Assembly: GCA_964471275.1 (NCBI GenBank)
Contig: CAYYGZ010000001.1
Location: forward strand, 17,118 to 59,130
Reading direction: 5' to 3'
DNA length: 42,013 nucleotides
Origin: an uncultured bacterium
GTDB taxonomy: Bacteria > Latescibacterota > UBA2968
The position numbers and the translations under genes are program-made. A model generated the notes under the pieces. That model was not told where the DNA came from. It searched no databases and saw only the letters and a list, made by a program, of their open reading frames with translations. Positions 1 through 8,150 of this stretch are shown in pieces (within the stretch, counting starts at the first letter, position 1; each line of letters begins with the position of its first letter).

Positions 1-2
1 CG

Positions 3-215
3 AGTGCCGGGAATAGCTCGCCCAGGGTCTGGCTGAAGGTCGGGAATGCGTCAGTTATCGGTGCACGAGATGCACTGCTATCCCGGACGATGCGAGAGAG
101 CGCTGAGCGGCTTCCCGATGTGATTGAACACATGGAGCTGGAAACGGAACCCGATTTCTTCGAGGTTTTTGTTGAAGCGTGTCAGTTTGATCCAATGATG
201 TTCGAGTGGGAGTAA
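3..215 (+). CDS. 3' end of ASKHA/RACo-family reductive activator of corrinoid proteins (partial, runs off window start)
   Basis: Manual translation of the frame starting at nt 3: ...KVGNASVIGARDALLSRTMRESAERLPDVIEHMELETEPDFFEVFVEACQFDPMMFEWE*, TAA at 213-215. The GNAS..GA and ELE.EPDF motifs resemble the RACo C-terminus, and the next gene is a Hcy methyltransferase. Confidence 0.75.
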   Translation, partial: SAGNSSPRVWLKVGNASVIGARDALLSRTMRESAERLPDVIEHMELETEPDFFEVFVEACQFDPMMFEWE

Positions 216-365
216 GAGGCGAGAAGCGAGACTCGAGAAGTAGAGTGGGGTCGACTCCTGCTTTCCCTCTGCCCTCTTACGTTTTCCGCCAATCTTCTTG
301 CGCAGAGGATGCGGGCTGAGGGGTAGAGTCAGGACCTAGTTTGGCAGCCAAACAATGAGGGACAT

Positions 366-1358
366 ATGAAAGCATTCGACGAGCGTCTGAAAGAGGATCG
401 GGCGATCCTGTATGACGGAGGATTCGGGTCGCAGCTGTTTGCCCGAGGTGTTGAGCTGACGAACAGCACGCTGGCGAATGAATCGCATCCAGAAGCGGTT
501 ACGGATATCCATCTGGCCTATATAGCCGCAGGCTCGGAGGCGATCGGGACAAACACGTTTGTGGCGAACGCGCTGCACCTGGAAATGGCGGACAAGGAAG
601 GCGAGGATGCGGATGAGATCGCCCGTCTGGCTGCGCGGAATGCGAGGGTGGCTGCCGAACAGAGCGGCAAGGATGTCTATGTCGGCGGCTCGATGGGCCC
701 GGCTCCGGGAGCGATCGAGGCCGATGCCGGCGACACGACGTTCGGGATTCCGGATGTGAAGGTGCGCGATGCCCACAGGCGGCTGTCAGCCGCTCTGGCA
801 GGCGAGGGCGTCGACTTCTTCATTATCGAGACGCAGTTCTCTGCGAATGAAGTTGCGATCGCGGTGGACGAGGCGCGGAAGCACGGTCTGCCGATTCTGG
901 TCAGCCTTACCTACAAATACACAAAGGATCGGGAATCGGGTGAGATCGTCTACAAGACGGATTGGGGGCACTCTCCCACGTCACTCCTGGACTCACTTGC
1001 GAGTGGTGAGCATTCTGACAACGAGGATCTTATCCCATACGTAAACGGGATGGGTCTGAACTGCGGGGCCGAGACACGGGAAATTGACCATACCGGGATG
1101 CCATATGCGATCGAGGGCACAAAGCAGCTCGCACGAGCGCTGAAGGACAGGGGAATTGACGGGAAGACGCTCATCGCCTACCCCAATGCTGGAATGCCTC
1201 AACTCAACAGGAGCATGGAGACTGTCTACAGCCAGTCTCCCGAGGACATGAGCGGGTATCTCGATGAATTGGTCGGGACAGGCGCGCGCTTTGTCGGAGG
1301 GTGCTGTGGGACAGAACCCGAGCACATCGCTGCTCTCAGGCAGACACTCGATGGCTGA
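366..1358 (+). CDS. Stand-alone homocysteine S-methyltransferase domain protein (split MetH / BHMT-like)
   Basis: N-terminal DGGFGSQL, TNTF, GLNCG, YPNAGMP and the Zn-binding GGCCG motif; 330 aa with no pterin or cobalamin domains; RBS GAGGG upstream. Confidence 0.9.
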   Translation: MKAFDERLKEDRAILYDGGFGSQLFARGVELTNSTLANESHPEAVTDIHLAYIAAGSEAIGTNTFVANALHLEMADKEGEDADEIARLAARNARVAAEQSGKDVYVGGSMGPAPGAIEADAGDTTFGIPDVKVRDAHRRLSAALAGEGVDFFIIETQFSANEVAIAVDEARKHGLPILVSLTYKYTKDRESGEIVYKTDWGHSPTSLLDSLASGEHSDNEDLIPYVNGMGLNCGAETREIDHTGMPYAIEGTKQLARALKDRGIDGKTLIAYPNAGMPQLNRSMETVYSQSPEDMSGYLDELVGTGARFVGGCCGTEPEHIAALRQTLDG

Positions 1359-1599
1359 ATACCAGGTCCTATCCTGGCGGGGCATTCCCGCACAGATTCG
1401 TGTGTTCGACGACGGTCGACCGATATCGCACCTGCTGCCTGAACGTTTCCAGATGGCGATCGATCAGGTTGCGATGGAGGAAGGCCTCGTCAACACGGAC
1501 GCGTATCTCGAGCAGTGGGCGTGGTCGGAGAAGAAGAGCCGTGAAGGCAACGCCCAAGAAGTGGCCGAGGCCGTGATCGACGAGCTGACCCGCACCTGA
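1351..1599 (+). CDS. Small 'virulence factor' domain protein (PF13769-like), methyltransferase-cluster associated
   Basis: ATG at 1351 overlaps the end of the previous gene. MAEYQVLSWRGIPAQIRV...LPERFQMAIDQVAM...DAYLEQW fits the WRxIPAQ / RFxxAID..AM pattern of this family. Confidence 0.75.
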   Translation: MAEYQVLSWRGIPAQIRVFDDGRPISHLLPERFQMAIDQVAMEEGLVNTDAYLEQWAWSEKKSREGNAQEVAEAVIDELTRT

Positions 1600-1609
1600 T
1601 CAGGTCGTG

Positions 1610-1638
1610 TTGCGGATCAAAAAGCCGATGGGTATCAT
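1610..1638 (+). promoter_or_regulatory. Putative sigma-70 promoter for nagA
   Basis: TTGCGG-17nt-TATCAT about 40 nt upstream of the ATG at 1678. Confidence 0.4.
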
Positions 1639-1677
1639 TGGCTGACATCAGGCACAGCAACACGATAGAGGATTCCT

Positions 1678-2847
1678 ATGCAGGTTCGAGGAAGAATAGT
1701 CGGTACAGACAATCCTGTTACAATTTTGCTCGACGGTGATCGGATCCATTCGATCTCAACCAACGGCAGGATAGATGGTGACGTCGGGGGAGATGATGTC
1801 TGGGTCAGCCCAGGTATCTGCGATGTGCAGGTTAACGGCGTCGGTGGTATCAGCTATAAAGCAGAAGATTTGAGCGTTGAACAGGTGATCGAGACGACCG
1901 AGTGGATGTATAAGGTCGGTACGGCCAAGTGGTGTCCAACGGTCACTACTTCGTCCGTCGAGGATGCCTTACAAGGGCTCAGCCTGCTGGCGAGAGCGTG
2001 TGAGGAGTCGGAAAACGCGGCTGCCTCGTTCTGTGGCTTCCACGTCGAGGGACCCTACATCTCCGCAGAAGATGGGCCCCGGGGGGCACACCCGCTCGAG
2101 CATACGCGTGATCCGGACTGGGACGAGTTTCAGCGGTATCAGGACGTCGCTGGCGGCAAGATTGCCATCTTTACGCTGGCACCGGAACGCGAAGGTGCTT
2201 TGGCCTTCATCGAGAAGGTTGCAGCTACCGGCGTGATCGTCTCGATCGGTCACTCAGGGGCAACACCCGAGCGGATCGCTGACGCTGTCTCTGCCGGCGC
2301 CCGGATGTCTACGCATCTCGGGAACGGGGCACACGCGATGATTCCCCGGCATCCCAACTACATCTGGGAGCAGCTGGCCTCCGACGTTCTCTGGGCTGGT
2401 ATCATCCCCGATTCTCACCACCTCCCGCCCGCCGTCCTCAAGTGTTTCTATCGGTCCAAACAGCGAGACAGGATCTGCATCGTCAGTGATATCGCTTCCG
2501 TCGCCGGGCTCCCACCAGGTGTGTACGGGAACACGGTCGGTGGAGGTGGTGTTGAGCTTGCCGAGAACGGTCGACTGAGTCTGGCTGGCACACCTTATCT
2601 GGCTGGCGCGGCACTCTTCCTGGACACGGGTATCGCCAATATGGTAGCCCATACCGACGCGAGTCTTCCCGATGCCATTCAGATGGCAACCGCGAATCCG
2701 GCGAGCTTGCTTAGGCTGACCGATTGTGCCGGATCCGTGTCGGAGGGGAAAGAAGCGACGCTGTCCCTGTTCCGGTGGCAGAAAGGAGATCGGAAACTTG
2801 AGACTGTCGCGACTGTCGTAGCTGGAAGAATCGTCTATCAGGCCTGA
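1678..2847 (+). CDS. nagA: N-acetylglucosamine-6-phosphate deacetylase (amidohydrolase)
   Basis: PG.CD.QVNG, PTVTT, GFHVEGPYIS..GPRGAH, TLAPE, SIGHS, THLGN and ATANPA motifs. Confidence 0.85.
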   Translation: MQVRGRIVGTDNPVTILLDGDRIHSISTNGRIDGDVGGDDVWVSPGICDVQVNGVGGISYKAEDLSVEQVIETTEWMYKVGTAKWCPTVTTSSVEDALQGLSLLARACEESENAAASFCGFHVEGPYISAEDGPRGAHPLEHTRDPDWDEFQRYQDVAGGKIAIFTLAPEREGALAFIEKVAATGVIVSIGHSGATPERIADAVSAGARMSTHLGNGAHAMIPRHPNYIWEQLASDVLWAGIIPDSHHLPPAVLKCFYRSKQRDRICIVSDIASVAGLPPGVYGNTVGGGGVELAENGRLSLAGTPYLAGAALFLDTGIANMVAHTDASLPDAIQMATANPASLLRLTDCAGSVSEGKEATLSLFRWQKGDRKLETVATVVAGRIVYQA

Positions 2848-3045
2848 TGCGCGTTTGCGAACGAGCAGGGCTTCTGTGTAGCCATCCTGTTTCTGCTTCC
2901 CCCCGAATCACCTGAACGTACGTACCCGCGTGCGGCGGCGATCCTCCCGATCGGCGTCGAGATCACGGAAGCTCCTGTGACGCGAGTCGCCATCGTCTTC
3001 CCACCCCGCCCTTCTGTTCACTTTCACGATTTCCGTTTGGACGGT

Positions 3046-5223
3046 ATGGCTGACGGTCTAGAAAAGCTCCGCGGTACGATCGAGCGGATTACCTACCAGA
3101 GTGCGGATTCCGGGTTTACGGTCGCCAAGCTGCGCCCGGCGGGATCGGGCACCCAGGGGTTGATTACCGTTGTGGGTCAGACGCTGGCTCTGAATGCGGG
3201 GGAGAGTGTCGTGATGGACGGGGAGTGGTCCAACCACGGCCAGTATGGCCGGCAATTCAAGATCACCAACTACCAGACCGAGTATCCATCGACACTTGAT
3301 GGCGTTCGGAAGTATCTCGGGTCCGGGATGATCAAGGGTATCGGACCTGTGATGGCGAAGCGGATCGTGGATCACTTTGGCGAGAAGGCTCTGGACGTGA
3401 TCCGGTCTGAGCCCGGCAAGCTGAAGGAAGTCGAAGGGCTTGGGCCGAAACGCGCCAGGATGATTACGCGGGCGTGGAAGGAGCAGCAGGAGGTCCACAA
3501 CGTGATGCTGTTTCTGCAATCTCATGACGTAGGGACCGGGTATGCGGTAAAGATCTGGAAGCAATATGGCGAGGATGCCGTGGCCCTGATGCAGGAAAAC
3601 CCGTATCGACTTGCCAACGATATATGGGGGATCGGGTTCCTGACCACTGACCGAATCGCACAGAATATGGGTATTGAGCGGGAGTCGGTGGAGCGGATTC
3701 AGGCAGGGATCATGTATGTGCTGACGACTGCATCGAGCGATGATGGGCACGTCTATGTCGGTCGAGACGATCTGCTGGCATCGTGTTCTGATGCTCTGGG
3801 TGTCGATGTCGAGCTTATCGGTCAGGGCATCGATCGGCTTGTCGGATCAGAAGAACTGATCTCTGAAGAGGATCGACTCTTCCTGCCGATGCTGATGCGG
3901 TCCGAACAGGGCATCGCGACGCGTCTCTGCGCGCTCGCACAGATCCAGCGTATCGAGACGGGGGATGTGGAGGCCGAGATCGCCGCGATCGAGCGAAGAG
4001 ACGGCGTTTCATTCGCGACCGGACAACGTGATGCTTTGGTGAAATCGCTCAGTCACAACGTGATGGTATTGACCGGAGGGCCGGGTACGGGGAAGACGAC
4101 GACGGTCAACGGGATGATCAGTCTGTTCGAAGCTCGCAGGAAGCAGGTCGTGCTGGCGGCACCTACAGGACGAGCCGCCAAGCGGATGCAGGAGGCTACG
4201 GGTAAGGAGGCTAGGACCATCCATCGGTTGCTCGAGTATGCCCCTGGAACGGGATTTGTGAGAAATGCCGAGAATCCACTGGAGGGGGACACCATTATTG
4301 TCGATGAGATTTCTATGGTGGACGTTCTTCTGATGAACAGCCTCCTGCGTGCGATCCCGATCAGTTCCACAGTAGTTCTGGTCGGCGATGTGGACCAGCT
4401 GCCCTCGATTGGTCCCGGCAGTATCCTCAAGGATGTGATCGAATCCGAGGTGGTCCCGGTGGTCACGCTCAGTGAGATCTTCCGCCAGGCTCAGACGAGC
4501 CGGATTGTGACAAACGCGCACGGTATCAACTTGGGAGGGATGCCGGATCTGGCGAACGAGCGTGATGGAGACTTCTTCTTCATAGAGGTTGGCGACCCCG
4601 AGGATGTGGCCAGCACGATCAGCGATCTGTGCCGCCAACGGCTTCCGAAGACGTATGGGCTCGATCCTCTGAGAGACATCCAGGTTCTGTCTCCCATGCA
4701 TCGAGGAGAGGCCGGGGCCCAGTCCCTGAACGAGCGATTACAGGACGCCCTGAATCCGACGGGAACGGAGATCATACGCGGGGGGATCCGGTATCGGGAT
4801 GGCGACAAGGTGATGCAGATCCGGAACAACTACGACAAGGATGTTTTTAACGGTGACATCGGCCGTATCGGGCGCATCGACCCGGTTGAACAGGAGGTCC
4901 TGGTTCGGTTTGGGGATCGGGCGGCCGAGTATGAATTTGGCGAACTCGACGAATTGGCCCTGGCCTACGCGATCACGGTGCACAAGAGTCAGGGCTCTGA
5001 GTTCAGGGCTGTTGTCGTGCCGATCACGACACAGCATTTTGTGATGCTTCAGAGGAATCTGATCTATACCGCCATCACCCGCGCAAGAGAGCTTGTTGTG
5101 ATGATCGGAACCCGGAAGGCGATGGGTATTGCCGTGAAGAACAATGCTGTCGCTCTCAGGAACACGACGCTTGTCGGACGACTTCGCGCTCGTGAGAATG
5201 AAACAGAGGAGCTGGCCTCTTGA
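3046..5223 (+). CDS. recD2: ATP-dependent RecD-like helicase RecD2
   Basis: N-terminal HhH region (IKGIGP; NPYRL..IWGIGF), Walker A GGPGTGKTT, APTGRAAKR, DEISM, VGDVDQLPSIGPG, AYAITVHKSQGSE and YTAITRA. The ATG at 3046 is preferred over GTG 2977. Confidence 0.93.
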   Translation: MADGLEKLRGTIERITYQSADSGFTVAKLRPAGSGTQGLITVVGQTLALNAGESVVMDGEWSNHGQYGRQFKITNYQTEYPSTLDGVRKYLGSGMIKGIGPVMAKRIVDHFGEKALDVIRSEPGKLKEVEGLGPKRARMITRAWKEQQEVHNVMLFLQSHDVGTGYAVKIWKQYGEDAVALMQENPYRLANDIWGIGFLTTDRIAQNMGIERESVERIQAGIMYVLTTASSDDGHVYVGRDDLLASCSDALGVDVELIGQGIDRLVGSEELISEEDRLFLPMLMRSEQGIATRLCALAQIQRIETGDVEAEIAAIERRDGVSFATGQRDALVKSLSHNVMVLTGGPGTGKTTTVNGMISLFEARRKQVVLAAPTGRAAKRMQEATGKEARTIHRLLEYAPGTGFVRNAENPLEGDTIIVDEISMVDVLLMNSLLRAIPISSTVVLVGDVDQLPSIGPGSILKDVIESEVVPVVTLSEIFRQAQTSRIVTNAHGINLGGMPDLANERDGDFFFIEVGDPEDVASTISDLCRQRLPKTYGLDPLRDIQVLSPMHRGEAGAQSLNERLQDALNPTGTEIIRGGIRYRDGDKVMQIRNNYDKDVFNGDIGRIGRIDPVEQEVLVRFGDRAAEYEFGELDELALAYAITVHKSQGSEFRAVVVPITTQHFVMLQRNLIYTAITRARELVVMIGTRKAMGIAVKNNAVALRNTTLVGRLRARENETEELAS

Positions 5224-5804
5224 AGACGCTACTGCTCGTCATCTGTGCATCGGCTTCATTTCACCTGCCGATCCCTGGGCAGGTAAGGAGTACGATCAAC
5301 AGGACGTCGCTGTACTCAGATTCCGTTCTGAAGCAGTTGGTGTGGGCATCCCAATTGGCCGCCAATCGCCAGCAGTTGATCCTGAGTCGGAGTGCACTGC
5401 GCGAGAACGAGACGTCGGGGGGGCGGCGACAGTCTACGTTGACTGCCCGGGATCTTGTCCAATTGGAACGCCTCAGCTCCTTTTCCGGTGACCGATTGCG
5501 GGTAATTGAGGAGCTTTCTGAGCACAAGAAGGATCAGGTTTCCCGCATGCAGGCTGATTACATGTCCGGGGTCAGTGGGAGGGCGTCTTCACCCAACCGT
5601 GTGGCTGAAATCGCGGAATCGAACTCCGAGTATCCTCGTCCACAGATTCAGCAGGTGTTGCGGGCCTCTGAGGCGCACGAATGGGTGAGGCAGGTGAAGC
5701 GGCGTGCGGTGGCCACACGGAGCTTTGCAGAGCATCTCAGACAGCGCTCGCTGTCTTCAGACTCCCACAAGCGCACGATCGATCGTCTCTCGCTCGACCA
5801 GTAG
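5220..5804 (+). CDS. Hypothetical protein with possible signal peptide, helical/coiled-coil
   Basis: TTG start overlapping the recD2 stop; MKTLLLVICASAS N-terminus; fills the gap before the next promoter; no recognised motif. Confidence 0.55.
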   Translation: MKTLLLVICASASFHLPIPGQVRSTINRTSLYSDSVLKQLVWASQLAANRQQLILSRSALRENETSGGRRQSTLTARDLVQLERLSSFSGDRLRVIEELSEHKKDQVSRMQADYMSGVSGRASSPNRVAEIAESNSEYPRPQIQQVLRASEAHEWVRQVKRRAVATRSFAEHLRQRSLSSDSHKRTIDRLSLDQ

Positions 5805-5844
5805 TGTTTGGATCTCCCTTCGAAATTCGGGATCGACCTCCAGC

Positions 5845-5874
5845 TTGACAGTGCCCTAGATTTCCCCCTAAACT
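5845..5874 (+). promoter_or_regulatory. Putative sigma-70 promoter for HD-GYP gene
   Basis: TTGACA-18nt-TAAACT upstream of RBS GGGAG and TTG 5911. Confidence 0.5.
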
Positions 5875-5910
5875 GGTTGTCTTTCTTGTCCAACCCTAGG
5901 GAGCACCGTC

Positions 5911-7473
5911 TTGTCTGATGAACTGAAACTGCAGATTCAGAATCTCGTTCGAATCGGTACCGCTCTTTCGAGTGAGCGGAACATCGATGTTCTGCTCGAG
6001 ATGATCGTGGAGGAATCTCGGCGGTTTACGGGAGCCGATGGCGGAACGCTCTATGTCATCAGCGACGATGGGAGCTATCTGGACTGGAAGATCCTGCAGA
6101 ATCAAACGATGGGGACGCGGATGGGCGGAACGAGCGGTATCCCGATCCACTTGCCGCCTGTCCCGCTCACCTTTGAAGGTCAGCCCAACACCAACAACGT
6201 GTGTGCGGCCTGCGTCAACACGGGTAACCCCATAAACATCCTGGATGCTTATGAGGCCGATGGGTACGATTTTTCGGGCACCCGGTCCTACGATGAAACA
6301 AACAACTATCGTTCCAAGTCATTCCTAGTTGTCCCCCTCCGTAATCACGAAAACGATATTATCGGCGTCCTGCAGCTGATCAACGCATCGGCGCCCGGGT
6401 CAGATGGCGTGATCTCGTTCTCTGAGGATTCCCAGGATCTCGTGATCGCCCTGGCGTCCTTGGCCGCGGTTGCGATTACGAACGCTCAACTGATCATCGA
6501 TCTCCGGAAGATGTTCGACGCGTTCATCAAAGCGATAGCGGCGGCAATCGACGAAAAGTCGTCCTACACAGCGGGCCACGTTCGCCGTGTCGCTGATCTG
6601 ACAATGCGGATCGCGGGTGCAATCAACCGATCGAACAAGGAGGAGTGGGCGGAAACGAAATTCTCGGCGGACGAGCTTGACGAGCTGCAGATTGCGGCCT
6701 GGATGCACGATGTCGGGAAGATCACAACGCCGGAGTATGTCGTCGACAAGGCGACAAAACTGGAGACGATTCACGATCGAGTCGAGTTGGTCCAGGCCCG
6801 GTGGGAAATCCTGAAGAGTGACCTCGTTATCGAAGCTCTGAAGCAGCAGCAGCCAGGGGAGGAGATTGATGCCCTGATGGGGTCTCTGGAGGGTGAGTTC
6901 GAGAAACTGGATGCGGAGTTAGACTTCGTTCAGGAGTCCAACCGGGGCGGCGAATTCATGGCCGACGAACAGGTTGCGCGTTTGGCGGCGCTTGCGGACC
7001 GAGTCGTCGAGATCGGTGGTGAATCGCAGCACGTGATCTCCAAGGACGAACTCTACAATCTGTCGATTCGGAAGGGGACGTTGACCGATGAGGAGCGGGC
7101 GGTGATCCAGAATCATGCAGCAATCAGCATCAAGATTCTCTCTCAGCTGCCCTTCTCGAAAACCCTCAAGGGGGTACCCGACTATGCCGGCGGGCACCAC
7201 GAGATGCTGAATGGTGCGGGATACCCGCGGGGACTCACGGCGGATCAGCTCCCCTTGCAGGCTCGCATTCTGGCAGTGGCTGATATTTTCGAAGCCGTCA
7301 CTGCACCGGACAGGCCGTATCGCGACCCGATGCACCTGAATCGAGCGATGGAAATCCTCGGATTTATGGTCAAGGACGGTGAGCTGGATGGCCGGATTGT
7401 CGAGATGTTCGAAACCTCAGGGGTAGCGATGGCGTATGCGGAGAAGGAGTTGCGACCCGATCAATACGAGTAG
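5911..7473 (+). CDS. GAF + HD-GYP cyclic dinucleotide phosphodiesterase
   Basis: GAF domain (ADGGTLY...YRSKSFLVVPL.N...IIGVLQLIN); HD-GYP motifs HDVGKI, HHEMLNGAGYPRG, ADIFEA.TA.DRPYR, with a long helical insertion. Confidence 0.9.
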   Translation: MSDELKLQIQNLVRIGTALSSERNIDVLLEMIVEESRRFTGADGGTLYVISDDGSYLDWKILQNQTMGTRMGGTSGIPIHLPPVPLTFEGQPNTNNVCAACVNTGNPINILDAYEADGYDFSGTRSYDETNNYRSKSFLVVPLRNHENDIIGVLQLINASAPGSDGVISFSEDSQDLVIALASLAAVAITNAQLIIDLRKMFDAFIKAIAAAIDEKSSYTAGHVRRVADLTMRIAGAINRSNKEEWAETKFSADELDELQIAAWMHDVGKITTPEYVVDKATKLETIHDRVELVQARWEILKSDLVIEALKQQQPGEEIDALMGSLEGEFEKLDAELDFVQESNRGGEFMADEQVARLAALADRVVEIGGESQHVISKDELYNLSIRKGTLTDEERAVIQNHAAISIKILSQLPFSKTLKGVPDYAGGHHEMLNGAGYPRGLTADQLPLQARILAVADIFEAVTAPDRPYRDPMHLNRAMEILGFMVKDGELDGRIVEMFETSGVAMAYAEKELRPDQYE

Positions 7474-7503
7474 TTTACTTCCAGTAGGGGAGATGTATCG
7501 AGG

Positions 7504-7534
7504 AGCCTGTCGACCGTCTGTCGGCGGGTTTTTG
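7504..7534 (+). terminator. Probable intrinsic terminator between convergent HD-GYP gene and tsaC
   Basis: GCCTGTCGAC-cgtct-GTCGGCGGGT hairpin (with G-U pairs) followed by a T run. Confidence 0.55.
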
Positions 7535-7538
7535 CGTT

Positions 7539-8150
7539 TCAGGTGAGGATCATGGCCTCGGGGATGGCTCCGTGTCGGATGATCGTGGGATGTTTGCCCA
7601 ACGTGTCGACCAAGGTAGAAGGGAGTGCGTCCGGATCGCAGTGACCTTCGAGGATCAAACCATCTTCCTCTGTGAGCAGACCGGCAGCTTCGCGAGATGC
7701 TGTGGCCGGAGGATGATTGCTTCGGTTGGCACTGGTAGACGTGATGGGGCCGGTTGCCCGCACAAGGTCTGCCGCCGGACCCGGACTTGCCTGTCGCACT
7801 GCGATAGTACCGCTACCCGATGTGATGTAATCTGATAACCCCTCGCGCGCAGGCAGGATCAGCGTGAGCGGGCCCGGCCAGAATCGATCCATCAAATGAA
7901 TCGCCATCCGAGGGATGCCGGAGGCGAGCAGGTTCAGGTCAGCTCGGTCGTGAATCAGGAGCAGGACAGGGCGATCAGGTGAACGACCTTTGATTGCGAA
8001 GACTCTTTGCAGCGCATTGTGGTTGTGTGGATCGACCCCGAGACCATAAACGGTTTCAGTCGGGTAGGCGACGATCCCGCCGTTGCGGATACGGGCCGCT
8101 GCGGCAGCGATGTTGATTGCGGTAGCGGCCAGGATCGGCGCCTGCGACAT
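7539..8150 (-). CDS. tsaC: Threonylcarbamoyl-AMP synthase (TsaC/YrdC/Sua5 family)
   Basis: YPTETVYGLG, IKGR, FWPGPLTLIL, TSTSAN.S and PSTLVD motifs; ATG at 8150 overlaps the upstream stop (TGATG). Confidence 0.93.
   Translation of the reverse strand: MSQAPILAATAINIAAAAARIRNGGIVAYPTETVYGLGVDPHNHNALQRVFAIKGRSPDRPVLLLIHDRADLNLLASGIPRMAIHLMDRFWPGPLTLILPAREGLSDYITSGSGTIAVRQASPGPAADLVRATGPITSTSANRSNHPPATASREAAGLLTEEDGLILEGHCDPDALPSTLVDTLGKHPTIIRHGAIPEAMILT

Noticed and set aside
216-365. Possible SAM or cobalamin riboswitch ahead of the Hcy methyltransferase
   Set aside because: Some pairing potential (CTCTGCCCTC / GAGGGGTAGAG), but no SAM-I/II core or B12-box consensus is recognisable.
3058-5037. 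Long antisense ORFs opposite recD2 (and similar ones opposite lepA, lon, the M32 peptidase and the enolase gene)
   Set aside because: Expected shadow ORFs in high-GC coding DNA; no motifs or RBS.
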